DNA of 64,000 nt from Chara braunii (taxonomy: Eukaryota > Plantae > Charophyceae). The notes under the pieces were generated by a model, which was given only the letters and a program-made list of their open reading frames with translations, was not told the origin of the DNA and did no database searches. Positions 24,760 through 35,715 of the stretch are shown in pieces; positions within the stretch are counted from its first letter, which is position 1, and each line of letters begins with the position of its first letter. Position numbers and translations under genes: made by a program. The DNA lies in contig BFEA01000035.1 of the NCBI GenBank assembly GCA_003427395.1, positions 4,799,343 through 4,863,342 on the forward strand. Direction: 5' to 3'.

Positions 24760-25756
24760 TGCTGGCCAGTGCTGAGGCGTTGCCTTGTAACCTGCAGTTG
24801 GCGGGAGCATGAGGCTTGGTAGAGCGATCTGAGAATTGCATCAGGGGGGGGCACTACATTGACTAACCTGAGTCGTTACCTGGAGGACACTACGTAGCCG
24901 GAGCTGGGGCGGGTCATGCTGCCCTCTAACGTAGCATGTTGGGGGTGTGAGGCCTGGGAGAGGTTTCGGCTTGGTATGTTGAGTAACAATTGGGTAGTGG
25001 GGTTTCTGATATAGTTCCCGTGGGTAAGGCTTGTGAATCGCCTCGGTTGAATTCTCATGAATATTCCTATTATCCCTAGTTGTGTCGAAAAAACACTCGG
25101 CTCATTTCAGGTGGTGCCACTGGTTTGTAGATCATCCGTGGCCGTGCTGATGCTGTGGAGTTCCGTGGCCTAGGTTTGGCCGGCAGCAGAGCAACGCTGG
25201 GCGGCGCTGGGGCGTTGCCCTGTAACCTGTTGTTTGCAGGAGCATGAGGCCTGGTAGAGAGATCTGGGGAACTGCTTTGGAGGGCTGATCCAGTCACTAG
25301 TGGCCATCCGGGGCTGTCGCCAGACAACATTGGCCGGAGCTGGGGCGGGTCGCACAGGTCTGTAACTGAGCATGTTGGGGGTGTGAGGCCTGGAAGGCAC
25401 CTGGTTTAAAAACAGATAGGCTTCGGTTTGGTCTGTTGAGCATCACTTTGGGGGTGTGAGGCCTGGAAGGCACCTGGTTTAAGAACAGATAGGCTTCGGT
25501 TTGGTCTGTTGAGCATCACTTGGAATCTTGGTATTTGGTATGTTTCCTGTGGTTTTGTCGTATACTAAAATTAATTATTAGTAGTTTTCCTACGAATGTT
25601 CTGTTATTCTCAAGCCGAAACTGGGTACTAATGGCCCCGATACTCTAAATTGTTCTGTATAATTTTCATATGGGACGCTGGGCCCTGTTCACAGTATGTG
25701 TTGCTCCCCACAAATGGACTGGAGCGGGTTGTCCCCCCCCCCAAAAAAAACAAAAA
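24760..25756 (+). mobile_element. Non-coding retroposon (SINE-like or LINE 3' UTR, family E) with internal duplications
   Basis: Repeated GGCGTTGCCCTGTAACCTG..GAGGCCTGGTAGAGAGATCTG module; ends in the shared double-hairpin motif plus A-tail; homologous to 30690-31568 and 42340-43260. Confidence 0.7.
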
Positions 25757-26992
25757 GCCTGATGCACGTGCAACCTTTTAGAAAGGTAAAGGAAAGACAC
25801 CACATGTCATCCAGTTCTTGCCCTCTCTAAGGCGCTTCCTATTTGCGAAATTGGACAGAAACGAAAGACAGAGTCTGACAGACCCATTTGTGAGTTGCGT
25901 AACTACCCCTCCTGGCTATGCAACTCTGATTATGGTGCAAAATTCAGAGAGACCAAAAATCAATGGGACGCAATGATACACGAGCGTATGCAATGAGGCC
26001 CTTCACCAAGTGCGTGCAGAAAACCGCGCAGATCAGATCCTAGCACGTAGCAACTCGCCAAAATGTGCCTTTGTGTGAGTAATGCAGAGAGCCTCCAAGG
26101 CCATGCTCACACTTGCAGTTTTTGGACAGAACCTGGCTAGAATTGCAGCCACATATGATCAGGAAGTCCTGGTGTGAGCAGGTGCGAAATGTGCTGGCAA
26201 GTACATCCCATGGAGTCCTCTGTACTGTGCCCTTATCCTTTTCTTTTCTTTTCTTTTCTTTTCTTTTCTTTTCTTTTAACACTTACAAGGCACAGCTAGG
26301 GGTAATGGTGAGAGCATATACCCCTAGCTATCCTTGCATGTGACTCCAGTTTATTGGTGGGGAGTATCCTGTATTTATCGTGGGAAAACTTTGATACTAG
26401 TAAGCCAATAAATTTTTGCACTCAGTCTGTCTGAAGCAAGACTTGGTCATGCCACATCACCTGCATGTGCATGGCAAAGGTGGCCTGCTGCATGATCTGC
26501 ATCTGTAAGTTGCCAGGATGGCTTGATGCATGATCTCCACCTCTTACCGTGAAGATGCCCAGATGCACAAATAGCCTGTTTCAGAGATGAGAAAATGCCC
26601 GGACTTTGTGTTAGAGTTTCGAGTTTCCTTTTTTGTTCAGCCCCGAGAAATAGAGCCATGATTTCCGCCTTCGGTTAATAATGGCTCTTTGTGTCCTCTA
26701 CGGACAAGGTCCCACTTACCGGGACTCTTCGTTTCTGTCCATACTAGGTCTGATTTACCAAGATGGACAGCTAGAAGTGAAATGGCTTGTGGCCGAAACA
26801 AAGCCCGTCGATAGGGTGGGAAACACTGGCATTCCAAAGGGAAAATAGGAGATATTGGACAGACAGAACAGAGGACACAGCCCCGGGAGCCAATGGAAAC
26901 AAATAAGAGATACTGTAATGATGTAATTAAGGGATGCTGGACCCGATTTCCAGCACGTGCCCCTCCCCACCAATAGATGGAGCAACCCGAAG

Positions 26993-27033
<41 letters not shown>

Positions 27034-27862
27034 NAAAAAAAAAGAAGTGAAATGGTTTCTCTTTTTTTTTTCTTTTTTTTTTTGGCTAATTTTTTTCTTT
27101 TTTTTTTTGGCTAAGAATTTCATTTTTCATTTTTTTATTATTATTATTTTTTTTGCCGAACAGCGGGTCCGGCGTCCCTTACATTTGCACTGCGGCCTTG
27201 CAGGCAGGGTGAGGCACTCCCGGCCAAACCCATCCCGACCACAGTTAGAACCAATCCAAAAGATTCCACAGACTAGCAACCAATCTAACAGCCAAAAGTT
27301 TCAAAGCGAGGGTTAACCTATTATAACTATTATACAATCTATCTAGCAAAACACGTCCACCTATCTCGGACAAAGTATTACCCTACTTGAGTCTACCTTA
27401 CTTGGCACAAAGCAAAATTTTGAAACAGAACAACAACGAGAAAACTTAACAAAGAAGTTTTGAAAACCTCATCACGAGTGTGCCATCCTGAGCTGTGTCC
27501 ACAGTAACCAAACCCGAAAACCTACCCCATCTCTTTCCAAACCATTTGACAGCCTTGGCCGAAAAGCCTTTTTTCTGAACCCGATATTACTCCCAATCTG
27601 CAGATATAGCTTGTTTGATTGCATATTTGATTTCAGCTCTAACCATCGGCGGTGTAAGTTGCTCATTCTTCATCAGCCTCTCGTTTCTGAGGTTCCAGAG
27701 AGTCCATAATATGGCTCCTCTGATAGTCTCTTCCACATGAGCAAATTGCCTGTGGAGTCATTCTCCTGGCTGCTGTTCCTAGGACGATAAAGTCATCCTC
27801 CTTTCTGCCTCAACTGTTACATTATAATTGTCAGTACTCCAGGCATAGGGTGTGTGGACTTT

Positions 27863-27897
<35 letters not shown>

Positions 27898-28475
27898 TGG
27901 GTGGACTTACTGGCTACATCTTCATTCTTGTGTCCCTGCCACAGCTTCGAGCTGGTGACAGTGTGTAGACAGAGGCAGTGACTCAAACTTTCTCGCGTTT
28001 TTTTTTTCAGCTTATTGTTGGTGCAACCCCATCATGATGATAGATAGAAAGAAAAAGGGTTCAGGATGAGATGGGAGAACCCGGAGAAGGGCCACCTCAG
28101 GTCCAAACAGGACAACAACACAACGCAGCCAGCAATAACTACAAAATAGATTGTGGTAAACAAAAGGGACGATAAACTGGACTATTGTAGGGTAGGATTT
28201 AAGGGCACTGATATAAAATGAGAGACAACACAACTTATTATGAGCGTAACAGGGTGAAAGGCAGCGCTGCAACAGAGTTTGAGCATATGGTGGCACAAAA
28301 GAGATAATAAACCAGAGATTGGTAGGGTAGGGTTTAGGGTTTAAGGGAGATGATACAAAACATACTTGACAACATAACTGACTACGGAATGTAACAGGTT
28401 CAACTTGACGGTTTGTGCCGCAATAGGCGTTCACTTGAGCATTAGAAGGTTTTTAGCATGACAGCTGGTCACTGG

Positions 28476-28531
28476 AGGTGGGATGGGTGGGTGGGATGGA
28501 GGTGGGATGGGTGGGTGGGATGGAGGTGGGA
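28476..28531 (+). repeat. G-rich minisatellite (GGTGGGATGG...), G-quadruplex prone
   Basis: Repeated GGG runs in a 24-bp unit. Confidence 0.8.
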
Positions 28532-28773
28532 GGGGCAGGCAGGGCAGGGCCAATGTTGGTCAAGAGAAACAACAAGTCATATGACAAGATACATCCACCG
28601 CCTTTGAATTTGCCGATCCACGATATGGCTGACAAAATGTAATATTGGGACGCTGGGCCCGGTTCCCAGCAGGTGCAGCTCCCCACCAATAGATGGAGCC
28701 TTCACACTCAGGGCCCTGCTTAGCGAGAATCCTCTTACCAACTCGCTAAGCAGGACCCCATGGCCTGAAGCTC

Positions 28774-28820
<47 letters not shown>

Positions 28821-29305
28821 TTCCAGATGGCTATAGTTTTCGCCGGTTAGATCAGATTCCGTGGTGAGGCCACACTTATTTATATTCCTCATTTCTGTCC
28901 GAAGATCAGGAAGGAAGACCCTAAGTCTGGGAACTGAGAGGAACCCCTCCCCTCCACCTCAAGAGTACGGGCAGCCATATCCTTCTGAACTATGGACCAA
29001 GCATGTAAAGAAATTATATCTTTCAATGGGGACCTGGTAAAGAGTTTACCTTTCAAGAGCGTATCACGCTACTCGAAATAGCTGCATACTGGACGGGAAG
29101 CAGGGATAAGGAGGCAACTGAGGCAAGTACATGGTCCCGCTGGGTTCATTAAAACACCAGTACCTTTCCCATATGTCGGCCACAGGCACTGCACACCACC
29201 CCGAAAATCAAGACTGGCTGCCCATTCAATTTATCGGCGGCCGCCCTTGAGTTTCAGGCCAGTGCGTCACCCGGAGGCAGGCAGCCTTTCCGGGCTCCAC
29301 CTTAA

Positions 29306-29455
29306 ACCACCAGTACTTGGCCCAGCTATCGGCCGGGGGAAAAAATAGAGTAGAAACATTTCTAGCTGGATGAATTTGGGCGCTCCTGTAGTAGCCCGTA
29401 CATTTCCTAAAATTGTGGCGCTTTAAGCGGCACGACTGTAGGAAGTACTGGTGGT
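29306..29455. mobile_element. MITE with TTAA TSD
   Basis: TTAA|ACCACCAGTACTT...AAGTACTGGTGGT|TTAA; inverted relative of 32090-32250. Confidence 0.85.
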
Positions 29456-29771
29456 TTAATTGGTGGGGTGCTTTCCAAAGACTGCGTCAGCAGCAGGTGG
29501 CTTGAAGCCTTGAACCATCAGTCTGTTCCTTCATACCTTTTCCGATGTGGGCGTGAAAGTGCTGCAAAAAAGCGGTTTGGGCCTACCAGACGGAAAACTT
29601 AGGTTTGCAGCCCCGAGAACTGCTTGTTTTTCTTAGCACCGTGCAGCGCAGCATATCAGAAAAAAGAGGCTTGGATGGACTGGTGGCACCAGTACATCGG
29701 AGGCTAAAGTCACAAGTCTCAAACAGCCCCGCGCGCCGAGCTTTGCCGTAACTCCAGCGCAGCATTTTTCC

Positions 29772-30650
29772 TTTTTTTTTTTTTTTTTTTTTTTTTTTCC
29801 TTTTTTGCCCCCCGAATAGCCCTTGTGTAAAACCCTCTATCCCGGTGGTGGTAAGAGAACTGTCAGGATTGATTGTTTCTCTGTCGGGCTGCTCCATCTA
29901 TTGGTGGGGAGCCGCACCTGCTGGAAACTGGGTCCAGCGTCCCATTGATACATCTTATGACACAGAGATAGCATTTTCCTTTTTTAAGTTTTGGCCAAGA
30001 GGCAGTGCTCCAGTGTTGCTCGGGCGGGTGGTGACGCTCTCCCGCAGTAGGTCCTGGAGCAGATTGGGGACAGAAGGACTCTCTGTGTCTCAGGTTTGTT
30101 CTGGACACGAGCCAGTCCGATGTGGGGAAGCAGTGATGAAGGATCTTCCACTGCAGTGACCTGAGGTAAGTGGGCATCATGTCGGCATAAGTGGCACAGG
30201 CCCTCCAGGGCAGGTCCCCCAGTAGTGCCGGGTCGATGGGTGAGTCCCATTTTCCCACTCTGCCATTCCCACTCGTTCGGGTCAAAAGATAGTCACTGTG
30301 CTGCCATTGGGGTTGAGCATTCGGCAAAGATGCCTAGTTTCTGGTCACCCACCACTCTTATTTGCATGAGGCCTCCCCACTTTGCTTCGCCATCAAGATC
30401 TTCATTCTGTGTGGGCTTTGGCATCCTCTCTCCCGATAGCGTGGGCTTGGAGGCTTCCAAGGAACAGGTGTCATGGTCATTTTTCCGTAGTCTGTAGATA
30501 ACCAGCGGCAGGGGCAGGTCCTTGTATTTGATAAGTTAAACTCGATCCCCTGGCTGAACGGTGGGCCCAGTCCTAAGGATGGGCTGCCAAGCTACGGGTA
30601 TGGCTTCCCGTAGCATGTTCAGTCTGGTGCCCAAAGAATGAACCCCCAGG
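29772..30650 (-). mobile_element. Truncated/deleted L1-clade LINE fragment with 3' motif and A-tail
   Basis: Minus strand RSLQWKILHHCFPTSDWL (as in 5135-6280); hairpin motif at 29889-29943; poly(T) at 29772-29798. Confidence 0.75.
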
Positions 30651-30689
30651 TTTTTTATAAGTTTGGGAAACAGCAATGCTGGACGGTGC

Positions 30690-31568
30690 TGGAGCAAGGT
30701 GGTGCAACTCTGTAACCTAACCTGATTGGAGCATGGGGCCTGGAAGAGCTTTGGTTCGTGTCGAAATTAGCCATGCTGGTGGTGGTCGTAGACTCGTAGG
30801 TGGATTGAATAGGTTTCACCTATCTGATTTGTGATGGGGAGGCTTTTTGACACACATATTCTATTGACTTGGTAGAGTCTGAATGAAAAAAAAAAAAAAA
30901 AGTCGGTTGTTCTTATGAATGTCATAGGACTTTAGGGTTTCTTAGCAATCCATCTTAGGCGGTTTCGATGCTGTTATACTCAGTGATTTGTGGCCGTTTG
31001 ATGCCAGAACGACGCTGGCCGGTGCTGGGGTGTTGCCCTGTAACCTGCTGATGCAGGAGTGTGAGGCCTGGTAGAGAGATCTGGGGATGCTTTGGGGTGG
31101 GCATCCCAAGGGACGACCAACGGTTGCTGCTGGGATGACACTGGTCGGAGCTGGGGCGAGTTGTGTTGCCCTGTAACCCAGCAGGGTGGGGCCACTGGCA
31201 TGAGGCCTGGAAGAGCTCAGCAGGGAGTAAGACGGTGTTGGGAAGTCTTAGAAGGGTTTGTCGGGGAGCCTGAGGGTAGTGAGCATTCGTAGGACCTCTG
31301 TGGCAGGTTATTGCATGAGTAATTCCCTAATAGGTTATTAGATACTCAGGATCCTCCACATGTTTCTGAATCTCATCGTGTTCACAGATTGTTCTCAGCC
31401 GAAGCCGGGTAATGGCCCTGGTATCTCAAATGACCTCAAACGACCTCAAATGTTCTCAATGATCTGTATAATTCGATATGGGACGCTGGGCCCAGTTCCC
31501 AGCATGTGCTGCTCCCCACGAATAGACTGGAGCACTTGTTCAAAAAAAAAAAAACAAAAAAAAAAACA
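30690..31568 (+). mobile_element. Family E retroposon copy
   Basis: Same module as 24760-25756; 3' hairpin motif at 31479-31533 plus A-tail. Confidence 0.7.
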
Positions 31569-31698
31569 AGGCTCTATGATGCAAAATTACCAAATTAGAA
31601 TCCAGATTAAAAGGAAAGATGGACTTCCAGAAAAGCTACGGGTTGAGATGTTGAGGGATTCCCAGCCTCATTTGATTACGTTATAATATAAGCTGCAA

Positions 31699-31743
<45 letters not shown>

Positions 31744-32089
31744 ACTTCCAGAAAATTATATCTGAGCTACAAAATGAACCACATGTACCCCACCCAGCTA
31801 TTTTTTCAGAGTCTTGGTGCATGCACCGACACAACTTTCGGGGGTTCGCTGCGCAAGCCAAAACCAGGCACGCGTTGGTTTTTGTTTTTTATGTTTTTGG
31901 CGTGCAGGGCGAAATTATGTTCAGCATTAATAGCTGGTTGGGTACTGGTGGTAACAATCCGACTAAGATACGCATACATGTACACATTTAGAAAAAGGAT
32001 CTATAGGTCAGACCTTCGAATCTTCAAGAAATCAAATTAGGAATATAGAATTTAACTTTTATGTATTATAATAGAAATTTAGGAATTGA

Positions 32090-32250
32090 ACCACCAGTAC
32101 TTCCTAAAGTCGTACCCGTAAAAGAGCCGCGGCTTTAGGAAATGTACGGGGCCACTACAAAAGCGCCCAAATTCATCCGACTAGAAACTTTCATAGTACT
32201 TCATGCTCTGTTCTTTTTCGTGGCCAATAGCTGGCCCGAGTACTGGTGGT
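32090..32250. mobile_element. MITE with TTAA-like TSD
   Basis: TTGA|ACCACCAGTACTT...GAGTACTGGTGGT|TTAA. Confidence 0.8.
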
Positions 32251-33809
32251 TTAAACTTTGTGTATTTGAACCTTTGAAAATCAGAGAGATCTATTAGGAT
32301 TGGAAATAAGGGGATTACGAATTCAGGAATTTGAGATTTAGGAATTAGATTTTAAGCATTGAGAGTAGATGTCCAGAAACTAAGAATTATACTCATCAAC
32401 GAAGTTAACATGATTATTAACCAACACAAACTTAGAGAAACCCAATGCCACTTTGCTTGTCGGTGATGAGCAACCGGGCCTGCGCCCCCCAAAATAGATG
32501 GGGCACCACGTGTGGGTTTAAAAAAAAAAAAAAAAAAAAAAGGAAGAACAGCATACAAAGCTATCCCATCAGTGCCATTCAACACGCCCCTCTCCCCTCT
32601 GGACCTCACCATCTCCTTCATCGGCACCAAGGCATGCTGACCGCCTCGTGGTCGACTACACAACTCAACCACTATTACAAAAGGCCAAAAGACGAAGACC
32701 ATCAGACCCAAGTTTAAGTTAACATCTACAGTGATTGAAACCGCGTTGCAAGCCAAGACCACCATGACTGAGCCTGTCAGCAGCCCTTTGCAGGCAGCCC
32801 CGAGAGGGTAGGGGACATCATCATCACAGTGGTCGCACCCAAGACCAATATAACAAGATAGAATCCTCCAGCTTAAGAAGAATAGCAATCCTGTTGGGCA
32901 TCTAGAGCATCCATGAGAAAGCATCGTCCCAACCCGTGCACGAGGTGGTAACCGCCCTACCACCATCACCCAAACACAGACCCCCAACCCTCTGCACAAA
33001 GTGGAAATCTCATAAATTGACCCGATTTATGTGGAAATTTCAAACTTTTGAGGGTGTGGCGTCCTTAAAACGCCCGACCCCTTCGATGTATCTGGACTTA
33101 GCTGAAGTCGGGGGGGGTATCTGGACTTGGCGTGCATCCAGGGGGGAGGGCGTTTTCATAACGCCGTACCCTCAAGAGGAACAAAAGAACTCCCACAAGA
33201 AAGGAAAGTTGAAAAAACATTCCATTTATAAAAAAATCTTAATATTTTAAAATTATCATTACAAACTTCTTCCGATTCTAAAATTTTCAGTTTTTGAAAA
33301 GTTTTCATCTAAAAATGAGTTTTTTTTCCAACTACATCTATTTGTTGAAGATGGAGTGAAAGTTCGGATGAGTTTATGAAATGTTTTAATTAAACTTTCA
33401 TTTTACTATAACAATATATTATAATTAAGATTAGATCAACCTAGTTATGACCAGGACTTCTTACAGTAGAATGATAATCCAATTTAAAAAACCCATAGAC
33501 TCATCCAGACTTTCATTCCATCTCTAGCACACAGTTCAAACAAGAAAGGATACTCCTTTCTTGGAAGGAAAGTTTTCAAGTAAGACGAAAATTTTTAAAA
33601 GTGGAATGACCTAGGCTACAAGTCGGCCTGGCCGGGTCACCCTATTTTCCCGAACGGTCCGGCCGTGCAAGGACCAAGGAAGGTCCTAGCAAAAGAAAAA
33701 AGAAAAAAAACTCAACAAAATCCTTAAAAAAACTATGTTATGTAGAAAAATAAATTGAACAACTTTTGTCTCAGGGTCATATCGACGCAGAGGACAGGAC
33801 TTGATCCTG

Positions 33810-34307
33810 GACCAGGCGGATCAGAGTATTGGAACTGTCTGTTAGGGCCTTTTGAGACCAATTGTTTGTTTTGCTTTTTCTTTCCTTGTTTTGGCAGTGC
33901 CTGTTTGTCGGCGGTAGTTAGAATATTGGATGAATGAGTAGTTTAGTGTTGTAACCTTTGGCGGATTAGCGGACATCCTGCCTCTGATGAGGGGGACTGG
34001 TCCGACTGACATTTTGAAGTTTGACGATAAATAGGTAGACATTAGCGGGACTAATCCTCTTGGGCTCCCGCGGCGTTTGGTTGACCGTGACGACGGTGAG
34101 CCGAAGCCCGGGGCGGAACGTGGAGAGAAGGTGGTTCTTGGGTGTGTAGGAACGTTTTGTGGAAACCCGGTTTGGTTTGTCACTGTCTACTTGTCTACCG
34201 TCACCTCGGTGACTATGTGTTCCTTTGCACTGTGTGCCTTCACTATGTGTTTACATCTGCTTTCACTGCGTGTTTGTCACTACCGTGTGTGAACCAACAT
34301 CATAATC
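33810..34307 (+). repeat. 5' pseudo-LTR of the Penelope-like element
   Basis: Near-identical to 38623-39119. Confidence 0.95.
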
Positions 34308-34476
34308 GTTTAACGCATGCGTGAACTTATCTGGGGAAGTGTACCAGATTAAAGTGAGCGTCATTAACGGGCAATATACCGCTTGTTACGTTGGACGAAG
34401 AGGATACGTTTGGTGAAGAGTTCATTGTCTGAAGTTGTGAAGCTATCAGCAAGCAAGAGTGTTATCAAGTTGAGCA

Positions 34477-35715
34477 GTGAAGCGTGAAAATCGATACTAT
34501 CGAGGAGTGATGTCAAGTTCGGATCGTCGAGAAGATGAGAGGGATAGACGACCTTATAGGTCATCGGTGAAATGTTTTAAGTGCGACGAAGCAGGACACT
34601 ACGCGCATCAATGCCCATATCGTGACAAGCGGCAGTTTTCCAGCAGACCGTCCACGTCAATGGACTCAAGGCAATCGCGTTCCCCGAGGAGATATGAAAC
34701 TCAGCGGAGAGAGTCCTCCCCGAAGAGGGGATCCTTCCTTCAAGATCAAGTTGCTGATCTCGCCAAGGGATTGGCTACGATGAAGAAACATTTTGATCAA
34801 GTTCGAGCGAAGAAATTAGAGAAGGCTCGTCGGAAACTCGAGAAGAAGCGCGAAGAAGAAGTAGAGAGACTGAGAGAGGAAGAAGAGAAAACACATTTGA
34901 CACAGGAGGAGGCACGTCGCGAAGCCAAGAAACGGAAGAAGAAGGAAAAGGTTAAACAAGAGGCTGATTTGAAAGTTGCTCTGAAGAAGGATGTCACTAT
35001 GCACGAAGCTATGCTCATGAGCGAAATCAAAGATGATTGGATCAAACAATGGAAGACTACGGTTCTTCCAACTCTTGGTGGAGGAGGACGTGATGGGAAA
35101 GGGAAGAAGCAAGTAAGTTTTGAGACCACAGGGGGTAGATAGACAGAATGAAGCAGCGAAGGTAGCGAGGCGAGCGTAACACAAGAATTGAGCAAAAATA
35201 CCAAACGCTTGTGTATTACTAAGAAGAGGAAGAGAACCGAGGATCTGCCGATTGCTGACAGTCCACCTATGGAGGCGCCTCCGAAGCGTACCCCTAAGCG
35301 TGGGGTAGTCGGAATCGGCGAACGAAGCCCACGCGCTACACATGCCCGAACGAAGGGGACACGTACTCCAATTCTAGCGAAGAAGAAGTCACCTATTAAG
35401 ACGCCAGTATCGAAGTACACGAATCGCAAGGAATCCCCTCCGAGCGGAAAGTTGTCGTCAGCCAGCAAATCGTTGACCCGCCTGCGGTTTTGAGGCACGA
35501 TCATGCGAGAACTGAAAGACTGCAACGCCGATGAGCTCTAACGTTTCTGTAAAAACGAAGGTATCGCGTACGGAGGTAAGATTGATGCCATATTCGATCT
35601 GGCCGAGCACCGTTCCCAACGACAATTTCCCTGCGTCGGTCCTGCCCCCGAAATTATTCCGATTAGTGAGTCTGTCGAGAACGAGGTTAGCGAGCCAACA
35701 GAACACACGGAGTGA
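34477..35715 (+). pseudogene. PLE upstream coding region: CCHC zinc knuckle, RS-rich segment, coiled coil, SAP/HeH-like motif
   Basis: CFKCDEAGHYAHQC; long K/E/R coiled coil; MRELKDCNADEL*RFCKNEGIAYGGKIDAIFDL; all in one frame with stops. Confidence 0.75.

Noticed and set aside
33984-34010. CTGATGA in both PLE repeats (also ~38797) as a hammerhead core
   Set aside because: I could not find a GAAA box or stems I/III in either copy. It may be a degenerate or atypical ribozyme, but this is not supportable.
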